The notes under the pieces were generated by a model, which was not told where the DNA came from, made no database searches, and saw only the letters and a list, made by a program, of their open reading frames with translations. A program made the position numbers and the translations under genes. A stretch of DNA of 64,000 bases from Chloroflexota bacterium (GTDB lineage Bacteria > Chloroflexota > Anaerolineae > Aggregatilineales > J027), in assembly GCA_013112715.1 (NCBI GenBank), contig JABFGB010000030.1, forward strand, positions 4,126 through 68,125, read 5' to 3'. Below, piece by piece: positions 28,775 through 36,629 of this stretch (the first letter of the stretch is position 1; every line of letters begins with the position of its first letter).

Positions 28775-28901
28775 GTCGCCATTGGCTCAAAGCCAACGGC
28801 TAGATGGAATCGGTAAGCTGACTGAAGCCAGCTTGGGAGCTTTTGAGCCTCGTTTACGGGGCTTTTTGCCAACAATAGCCAGATGGTTTGACCGTCTGGC
28901 G
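28775..28901. repeat. Four-hairpin repeat (same architecture as the MITE-B core)
   Basis: cgcc(a)ttggctcaaagccaacggc; aagctgactgaagccagctt; agcctcgtttacggggct; gccagatggtttgaccgtctggc. Confidence 0.7.
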
Positions 28902-28958
28902 GTACGTTATCCAAAACCCAGATGATGCTAATCACTATCGCCCTTCAAAGGAGACCTC

Positions 28959-29465
28959 GTGGACAAAATTATCTGCCAAACCCCCTTTCTGGCCCTGATG
29001 GAAAGCGAAGCAGGGGTCGGGTATGTCAGAGCCGCCGACGGAGCGCTCATCGTACCCGTCACCAACACGGGGGAGGTGCTATTTATCCGCGAATATTCAC
29101 CCGCCTATCAACGCCCATTTTTGACACTGCCCGGTGGCATCATCGAACCGGGGGAGGGGGAAGCCGAGGCCGCCAATCGAGAAATGCAAGAGGAAATCGG
29201 CCTGCGGGCGGACAACATTCACTACCTCGGTGAGGTCTATCGCAACTTTAAATATATCCACGCCAAGTCGTATGCGTTTCTGGCCCGTGATCTGTCCGAA
29301 AGCAAATTGGTGGGGGATGAGGAGGATGGCAATATCCAAGTGGTGCCGCTGCCCTTGACCGCGCTGGATCGGCTGATTCAATCGGGTGAACTGCAAGACG
29401 CCGGCATCCTCATGGCGGTCTATCTGGCACAGCGCTTTTTGGATGGGGATTGGGCGACCCAGTGA
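28959..29465 (+). CDS. NUDIX hydrolase
   Basis: Nudix box GGIIEPGE...AANREMQEEIG. Confidence 0.92.
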   Translation: MDKIICQTPFLALMESEAGVGYVRAADGALIVPVTNTGEVLFIREYSPAYQRPFLTLPGGIIEPGEGEAEAANREMQEEIGLRADNIHYLGEVYRNFKYIHAKSYAFLARDLSESKLVGDEEDGNIQVVPLPLTALDRLIQSGELQDAGILMAVYLAQRFLDGDWATQ

Positions 29466-29595
29466 GCCGACCGCCGGGTCAAGGTTGAGGCGCGACGGTT
29501 CACCCGTCTCCTGTATCAACCCACAAAAAAGCCCCTTACCAGACGATGGTAGGGGGCTTGGGGTGAAGATTCACCTCACCCCATCAAACGTGATT

Positions 29596-32403
29596 CTAAT
29601 GATTCGGCTGCCATGTGGCGGCTTGCGTGCCGGTGCCCGCTGGGAAACCGATGTACTGGAAGAAGTACACCCCCGAATTCCAGTCCAAGTCGTTGCGATA
29701 CCAGAAATACCCTTGTGTGGGTGAGACGAGACCAAAGCTGTCCGCGCCATCACTGTTCCAGTCGCCAACCACAAAGGTGGACGGGCCTGAGATGCCCGGT
29801 GGGTCGCCGATGTACTGTGCCAAATTGAAGGCCGATTCCAGAATGTAGGCCGAGGTGTTGGTGTAGGCGATGAATGGCCCACGCCGACAAGCGATGGTGT
29901 CGCGGTTGTCCACTGCCGGGTCATAGTTACCCGCGTCGAACTCGAACTGCCCACTGAAGCCTTGCGAATCCGGCAGCAGCACACTCAGCCACTGTACCGT
30001 TTTGGACGGGTTGGCCGTCACGGTGTCGCAGGTGAAATAGAGCGCGAAGGCCGCCCCATAGCCGGGGAAGAAAGCACTATCAATGACGCCGAGGCAGTCA
30101 TTGAGTAGGCCATTGTTAAAACGTCCGGCCACCGCATACACCCCAACGTAACCACCCGTTAAGCCGAACCATGTGCCGTCCCAGACCGGATTGGGGCCAA
30201 GCGTATTGGTGTGATAAAACACGCCATTGGTGCCATACATGCCGGGGGTCTCAACGCCGTCGCCGTCCCAGTCGCCCATGACCCATTGACCCTCCACCGG
30301 AGCACTCAAGGGCAGGGTGGGGTATTCCGTTGGGCCGGGTGGACTTTGCAGACTGCCATAGAAGGCGCCGTAGTCGGGCGTCACAGTGGTGTTGAACGTG
30401 ACGAGGGTGCTGCCACAGCCGATGTTGCGTGCCAGAATGGACTTGGGTTGTTGACACCAATCCAGCGCGAGGTCACGATCATAACCACGTGGCGAGCGGC
30501 CCAGAGAATAGAGGAAATCATCAGTCAGGGCTGGCGGATTGACGCCGGTGAAGTCCGTGCCAAAGCCGGGTTGCGTGGTCGAAGTACCCCAACGCACAAA
30601 GTCCACCCCGGTTCCAAAGCTGTTAAAAATAAAAGCCGCGCCCGCCGCCCCGGTAAACCAATCGGTGATGGTGGTGGTGGTATAGAGCGTGGTCGCGGTG
30701 TTCGTGCCCGTGCCTTCCAAGATTCGGACGTAACCTCCGGCATTCAGCGTAAAGGCGGGTACGGCGAAATTGATGTCCACAGCGCCACCACTGTCAATGA
30801 ACTGGACCGTCCAGTTGGTCAGGGGGTAGTTGGCGGTGGACGCATTAAAGATTTCAATGCTGTCTGGGTCGCCCTGATCCACTTCATTAATGACGACACA
30901 GGGATTGTTGGCGCGGCCCAGTGTGTTGACCTGCCCACACCAATCGCTGGTACGGTCATGATCGGCCTGTGAGCCTTGGCGGGCGATACTGCCTTGTGAG
31001 ACAGCGGGAACGGGCATTGTTTCGCCTGTAAATGTCGTGCCCGCTGGAACAGCTACCGACGAGGTTCCCCAGCGCATAAAGTCTACCGGGGCATCGGCTG
31101 TATCACGGAGGAAGACCGCCCCGCCGACGTTAACGAAAGTGGTAAAACCTGTCATATACAGCGTGGTACTGGTGTTGGTACCCGTTCCCTCAATCAGCGT
31201 TACAAACGCGCCGGGTTGCAGGGTAAAGGCCGGGAATGTATAGGTGATGTCCAAAAAGTTCGGGGCATCGTATACCAGCAAATCGTATCCCGTGAGGATG
31301 ATGGCCCGATCTGTGCCATTGTAGAGTTCGATTTGGTCGGGGTCGCCATAGAATACTTCACTGATGACCAGACAGCGCTGGTTGCGACTGCCCAGTGTAG
31401 CACATTGTGAACTCCAATCGACTGATGAATTGGTTTCATCGCTGTTTGCATTCCGCCCCAATGTATTAGCGTATTCCGGCGTGGCCGGTGTGCCACTGAA
31501 TGTGGTACCAGCGGGTGGGGCCACCGTCGCCACCCCCCACCGCACAAAATCAACTGCGGAAGGCGTGGCATTAAACAGCATAACCGCGCCGCCACCTGCC
31601 CCACCATGTACCCAATTACCAATAGATTGGGTCATGTAGAGGGTGTTGGCGGTGTTGGTGCCCGGCCCCTCGCGCAGAATGAGGTAATGACCGGGGAAGA
31701 GATAGTAGGTGGGGATGAAGAAGTTGATTTCGAGGGTGTTATTGTAGCCGTAGGTTTGCACCAGATAACCCGTCAGGTTGATCACCCCGCTGGTCGGGTT
31801 ATAGAGTTCGACGGCGTCAGCATCGCCCATATCCACTTCGTTGATAACCACATTGGTCGGGGCGGCCATAATCCCGCCTTCATCATCCGCGCCCGCCGTG
31901 CTGGTGGTCGGGGCGTCCGGGGCTTCCCATCCGGCGATAAAGGCATCTACACCAATGACACCGCCATCTTGGGCATAGACCCGCAAGGTGTGCCATTCGT
32001 CGGTCAGATAGTTGATGCGCGACGATTGTTGATACGAGGTGGTATCGGCAGTGGTAATCACTGTGCGCAATACCGTGCCGTCCACTTCCAGCGCAAGGGT
32101 TCCAAGCCCCGGCCCACTGGTATACAACACTTCAAGGCTTGCACCATAGAATTGCAGTTCGAGCACGGCATCTCCGGTGTTGTAGAGATAGCTGCCGCCG
32201 CTGGCACCCCCGGCTGCCTGCGCTGTCCAGTTCCCACTGCGTGTAACCAGCGGATCATCGGACTCGATTTTGTGGGGGGTGGGGTCTTGGGAAAAGGCTT
32301 GATCTAGGGATAGCTGGGGAATAAGACTGAGGAACAATGTCAGAATTGTGAGGACGATAAAAAGACGACGATGTAGTCGAAAAGGCATTATTCGCGCTCC
32401 CAT
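29596..32403 (-). CDS. Secreted protein with a CBM-like domain, three lamin-tail domains and GDWDGDG repeats (paralogue 1)
   Basis: Signal peptide; three V.I(N/S)EV....D.(V/I)E(L/I)YN domains; C-terminal GDWDGDG/GDWNSDG motifs. Start may be 32388. Confidence 0.85.
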   Translation of the reverse strand: MGARIMPFRLHRRLFIVLTILTLFLSLIPQLSLDQAFSQDPTPHKIESDDPLVTRSGNWTAQAAGGASGGSYLYNTGDAVLELQFYGASLEVLYTSGPGLGTLALEVDGTVLRTVITTADTTSYQQSSRINYLTDEWHTLRVYAQDGGVIGVDAFIAGWEAPDAPTTSTAGADDEGGIMAAPTNVVINEVDMGDADAVELYNPTSGVINLTGYLVQTYGYNNTLEINFFIPTYYLFPGHYLILREGPGTNTANTLYMTQSIGNWVHGGAGGGAVMLFNATPSAVDFVRWGVATVAPPAGTTFSGTPATPEYANTLGRNANSDETNSSVDWSSQCATLGSRNQRCLVISEVFYGDPDQIELYNGTDRAIILTGYDLLVYDAPNFLDITYTFPAFTLQPGAFVTLIEGTGTNTSTTLYMTGFTTFVNVGGAVFLRDTADAPVDFMRWGTSSVAVPAGTTFTGETMPVPAVSQGSIARQGSQADHDRTSDWCGQVNTLGRANNPCVVINEVDQGDPDSIEIFNASTANYPLTNWTVQFIDSGGAVDINFAVPAFTLNAGGYVRILEGTGTNTATTLYTTTTITDWFTGAAGAAFIFNSFGTGVDFVRWGTSTTQPGFGTDFTGVNPPALTDDFLYSLGRSPRGYDRDLALDWCQQPKSILARNIGCGSTLVTFNTTVTPDYGAFYGSLQSPPGPTEYPTLPLSAPVEGQWVMGDWDGDGVETPGMYGTNGVFYHTNTLGPNPVWDGTWFGLTGGYVGVYAVAGRFNNGLLNDCLGVIDSAFFPGYGAAFALYFTCDTVTANPSKTVQWLSVLLPDSQGFSGQFEFDAGNYDPAVDNRDTIACRRGPFIAYTNTSAYILESAFNLAQYIGDPPGISGPSTFVVGDWNSDGADSFGLVSPTQGYFWYRNDLDWNSGVYFFQYIGFPAGTGTQAATWQPNH

Positions 32404-32651
32404 AGCACTTGGTACGGTCTATCTTTACTCCCCAGTATACGGGAGAAAATTGTCTGGAAATCGTAAAAAATATGCGCAGTTGTAAGGATTTTAAGAGTTG
32501 CTTCGATTACTGTTGTCACACTAATAACATAAAAGTGAGTGTTATTTGCGGGGTGCAACTATCTCCCAGACAACCTATTAATATATCCGTTAATGCACAA
32601 TGGGTGACAACGTGCCCCGCACTCTGTAATACCAGATTCGACCAAATGCTA

Positions 32652-32749
32652 ACCTCATCCCCAACCCTACGCCTCCAAGCATAGGGAAGGGCTTCAATGC
32701 GGGGCAATCTCCCCTCCCTAATGCCTTGGGGAGGAGTCGAGGGTGAGGT
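32652..32749. repeat. C/G-rich REP doublet
   Basis: Similar to 12967-13061 (catagggaagggcttcaat...ctcccctcccta). Confidence 0.7.
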
Positions 32750-32924
32750 GATCCGCACTCACTTCGGTAGCTTGCGTGCCATCTGAATTTCACCTGAATT
32801 CCCACCTAACAGACACAAACCTTCCGGTTGCAAAAGCGGTAATATGCTATAATGACCTGCGTGGTTGGAATCGCTTCCACCTTATCAATCTAGTTTATAT
32901 AGAAGTGCTTTAGAGTAGCTACAC

Positions 32925-35498
32925 ATGTCTATTGATGCTGACCGTTCGTCGTCCACGCTGCTCAATCGCTATATCTTACACGAGCAGCTTTGGCAGAGCG
33001 GTGTAACGTCGGTCTATCGGGCGACCCATATTCAGCTGAAGCGCGTTGTTGCCATCAAGTTTCTGAGTGCCGCCACCTTTGAAGGGCCAGCGATTACCCG
33101 TTTTCAACTAGAGGCCCGCGCCATCGCCAGCCTACAACACCCCAATATCTTGCAGGTGTATGATTTTGACCGCAGCGAAGATGGGCGCTATTTTATGGCA
33201 ACGGAATATTTCCCACATGGGGATTTGCAGCGCCATCTTGACCGCCTCGAAAAACGTGGGGAGTGTTTTAACGTCTCGCAGGCCGCCTACATTGTCAAGT
33301 CGGTGGGGGTGGCTCTGGGGTATGCCCATGGTCGCGGCATCATTCACCGCGATATTAAACCCTCCAACATCTTTCTGGATGGCCCCACGCGGGTGGTGGT
33401 CGGCGATTTTGGTCTGGTGAAGCTGCAAGCCCGCTCGGACGCCTCCATGACGGGGGCGCTGGTGGGCACGCCGACGTATATGTCGCCGGAACAAGCGACG
33501 GGTGGCCCGATTGACCATCGCACCGATATTTATGCGCTCGGTGTGTTGTTGTTCTATCTGGCGTCAGGGGTCCGGCCCTACGCTGGCGATTCGGTGGCCG
33601 AAGTGGTCGCACAACATCTGAATAGCCCTATCCCCGACATCACCCGTATCCGCCCCGAAGTTCCGCCGTCGTTGCAAGGAATTTTGGCGCGTGCGATGGC
33701 AAAAGACCCTCAAGATCGCTATGCTACCGCTGAGGATTTGGTGCGTGATCTGGCGGTGTATGATCCCAATCTGGAAAACGGCGAAGAAACGATTCGCTTT
33801 GATGCGGGGATGACGCCAGAGCTATTCATCCCCAGAGTGCCCTCCACCACACATGGCCCGATCACCGCGACCAGTTCTTCCTCCCAGTCACTCGAAGTCA
33901 CCCTGAAGGTGCGGATCGCCTATTGGAAATTGGCGATGGGGATTGTGGCCCTCGCGGTTGCAATAGTGATTGGGTTGCTACTGTTGGGTCAGGGCGACGA
34001 GGATAAATCGTCGTCCCAGTCGAATGTGACACCCGTGACCCCAGCACAGGGCGATGAAGTCTTGATCTTGATCGCGCCGATGGTAGATGCCGCGACGAAT
34101 ATTGACGTGGGTCGGCGGATTCACGATTGGGTGTCAACGGGCGAGGTCGGTGGCCTGCTGCAAAATCGCCTGCGCGTGGAGGCGCTTCCTACCTCTATTG
34201 CCTCTGATGCAGAGGCGTTGAAAGTGGGCGAAACAACTCATGCCGAGGTGGTCATCTGGGGCCAACGTGACGGCGCGGGTTGGCATATCGTGGTGGTCGC
34301 GCCCAACCGCGCGGCCAACGAACTGCGTGAATTGCGTTTGCTGGTGCCCGATAATGCCAATCTGGAGACCCTGCTGATTGAAAAAGCGCCCGTCCTGACC
34401 GACTTGTATGTGCGGGTTTTGTTAGTCCCCCGCCTTGCCAAAGAAGGTAATCTGCTGGGTGTGTTCTTTTTGACGTTTGACATCAAGGACTTTGATCCAA
34501 TGGCGTTTGTCCTCGCCGATAGACCCCTTGACCAAAACATTACCCAAGCCATGCGCTATCTCAGTCAGGGACAGGGCCTTGAAGCGGACACGGAGACTTC
34601 GGCGGCGCTCGAACTCGTGAATGGCGACATCGCCCTCTATTACATGCGGTGGGCGGCCAATGTCATGCAGGGTAATGTTGACCTGACCCAAACCGACGCC
34701 GAACGCTTGGCGGCGCTGACCGAGGACGGCGAATTTGCCACCGGGCTGCGTCTGATTGCCCTCTATCTATTGGGTGAGATTGATACCCTGTTTGCTGAGG
34801 CGGAAAACCTCGACTATAGCACGTCTTCGGCCATTACCATCGCGTTTTCGATGATTCAGCAGGCCCGCATTGGCGAAGGGCAGTTTGCCGAAGTCGAAGC
34901 GCAAAATCAGGCCTACGTCGAGTGGCTTACCGCGCAAGGGGTGGCAAACGCGGATAACACGTTTTTGGAATCCATGCTCTACCTGCGCACGATTCAGGGC
35001 AATGCACAAGGGGTGGCCGCGTTGATGCCCCGTTACCAAGACTTCCGTGACAATCGTTTCTATCTGGCCGCCAATGTCTTTTTCCGGCGGTTGCAACCCA
35101 CCAAATTTGCCCCGATAGCCTTCGCGTTTGGCGGTTTTCGAGAGGCCACCATCGGGCAGACCAGCCAAGCGCGGCTGACCTATAATTTCGGTTTGGGTCT
35201 GCACCCGGATGATTACCTGCTGAACTGGCAGTCCGCGATGCTGGATGTCACATCGGGTGAGTATCAGCGGGCCTATGATCGCTATTCAACGGCGGTGAGC
35301 AACGCCCCCGTGCCGTTCCCGATTGCGCGATATGACCAAGCGATGTTAGTGGTTGAACATGGCGATTTGTTAGACAACCCCCGCCCGGCCTGCGAGTTAT
35401 TGACCGAAGCCACCAAATTGGCGCGGAGTGATGCGGATTTCTACGCGGCCCTGCTGGATCGCATCGCGGAACTGTCCACCGCGCAGGGCTGCCATTAG
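32925..35498 (+). CDS. Hanks-type Ser/Thr protein kinase with TM and TPR-like extracellular region
   Basis: VAIK, HPNI, HRDIKPSN, DFG, GTP.YMSPEQ, DIYALG; TM near residue 335. Confidence 0.95.
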   Translation: MSIDADRSSSTLLNRYILHEQLWQSGVTSVYRATHIQLKRVVAIKFLSAATFEGPAITRFQLEARAIASLQHPNILQVYDFDRSEDGRYFMATEYFPHGDLQRHLDRLEKRGECFNVSQAAYIVKSVGVALGYAHGRGIIHRDIKPSNIFLDGPTRVVVGDFGLVKLQARSDASMTGALVGTPTYMSPEQATGGPIDHRTDIYALGVLLFYLASGVRPYAGDSVAEVVAQHLNSPIPDITRIRPEVPPSLQGILARAMAKDPQDRYATAEDLVRDLAVYDPNLENGEETIRFDAGMTPELFIPRVPSTTHGPITATSSSSQSLEVTLKVRIAYWKLAMGIVALAVAIVIGLLLLGQGDEDKSSSQSNVTPVTPAQGDEVLILIAPMVDAATNIDVGRRIHDWVSTGEVGGLLQNRLRVEALPTSIASDAEALKVGETTHAEVVIWGQRDGAGWHIVVVAPNRAANELRELRLLVPDNANLETLLIEKAPVLTDLYVRVLLVPRLAKEGNLLGVFFLTFDIKDFDPMAFVLADRPLDQNITQAMRYLSQGQGLEADTETSAALELVNGDIALYYMRWAANVMQGNVDLTQTDAERLAALTEDGEFATGLRLIALYLLGEIDTLFAEAENLDYSTSSAITIAFSMIQQARIGEGQFAEVEAQNQAYVEWLTAQGVANADNTFLESMLYLRTIQGNAQGVAALMPRYQDFRDNRFYLAANVFFRRLQPTKFAPIAFAFGGFREATIGQTSQARLTYNFGLGLHPDDYLLNWQSAMLDVTSGEYQRAYDRYSTAVSNAPVPFPIARYDQAMLVVEHGDLLDNPRPACELLTEATKLARSDADFYAALLDRIAELSTAQGCH

Positions 35499-35690
35499 GG
35501 TTTACAACGGCACCGGGCGCTTTTCGTTTCTATACCCCCGCCTGCTCATCATGCGGAATTCGGTTCATTCATAGGTTTTTGGAACAAACCCATTGTTGGG
35601 CCGAGACAGCTACCGTTCACCCGAATTGGGTTAACCTCACCCCAATGCAGGTCAAGAACGGGGTGAGGCGAAAATCATGGATGGCGGGGC

Positions 35691-36035
35691 TTATTCCCAG
35701 ACGACAATCGGGCGCACTTCGACACAGCCCGTCGCCGCGCCGGGGATTTTGGCGGCATAGCTGATCGCTTCATCCAAATCCTTGCAGTTGAGGATATAGA
35801 AGCCGCCCAATTGCTCTTTGGTTTCCGCAAATGGGCCATCGGTGTTCAGCCGCTTGCCCTCACGCATCCGCACGGTGGTGGCGGTGCTGGTGGGGTGCAG
35901 CGCTTCCCCTGCGACCAAGATGCCTTTGGTGCGAACCTCCTCGGTAAATTGGTTGTAGCCCTGCATCTCCGCCTGAACTTCGGCTTCAGTTTGGGGACGA
36001 TTTTCATTTCCATAGATCAACAGCATGTAGTTCAT
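35691..36035 (-). CDS. YciI family (DGPF) protein
   Basis: MNYMLLIY...TDGPFAETKEQLGGFY...EVRP; ggaga RBS. Confidence 0.92.
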   Translation of the reverse strand: MNYMLLIYGNENRPQTEAEVQAEMQGYNQFTEEVRTKGILVAGEALHPTSTATTVRMREGKRLNTDGPFAETKEQLGGFYILNCKDLDEAISYAAKIPGAATGCVEVRPIVVWE

Positions 36036-36282
36036 GATCGGTTCTCCTTGGATGGATAGGTAGACATTTTGCGGATGTGGTTTTGCTTTTCCGCCCATTC
36101 TACCCATACGTCGAACGGCCCCCCGGAAAAATGACATCTGTTCGGAACAAATTTTCTATCACTCATCTATCTCTTATCTGGTGTTCTATTTTGTGTGAGA
36201 CCCAACCCTATCCCCAAACATCGGGACGGCTTCAATAGGCTAGATTCTGCCTCCCCCTCGCCAGATGGAGAGGGGGCCGGGG

Positions 36283-36440
36283 TTCTCAAGGGTAGGTTTT
36301 TCGCAGGACGCCAGAGAATAAATTCTCCGGCTACTTCCGCAAAGTCGGTTGAAACCGACTAGGGATATGATTCACTTCCCTAGTCCAATTCATTGGACTT
36401 CGCCATGATAGCCGCCGACTTCAGTCGGTGGCCCTCGTAA
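36283..36440 (+). mobile_element. MITE-B copy, right end missing
   Basis: Left TIR ttctcaagggtaggttt plus hairpin core matching 45638-45814. Confidence 0.75.
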
Positions 36441-36448
36441 AGGGCCGG

Positions 36449-36607
36449 AGGCTTGTCCGGTATTCGCTTGACGGTGATTGGTAGAAAATCGCATAGATAA
36501 AAAGGGTCTTGGGTACGGACGCAACATGTTGCGTCCCTCCGAAATGGCGAGACTTACGCTGCTGGTATCCCTAATTCATGCCATTTCCACCAATGCCGGA
36601 CAAGCCT
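36449..36607 (-). mobile_element. MITE-A copy (159 bp)
   Basis: TIR aggcttgtccgg/ccggacaagcct with ccgg on both sides. Confidence 0.8.
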
Positions 36608-36629
36608 CCGGGGGTGAGGTCAATTCTAT

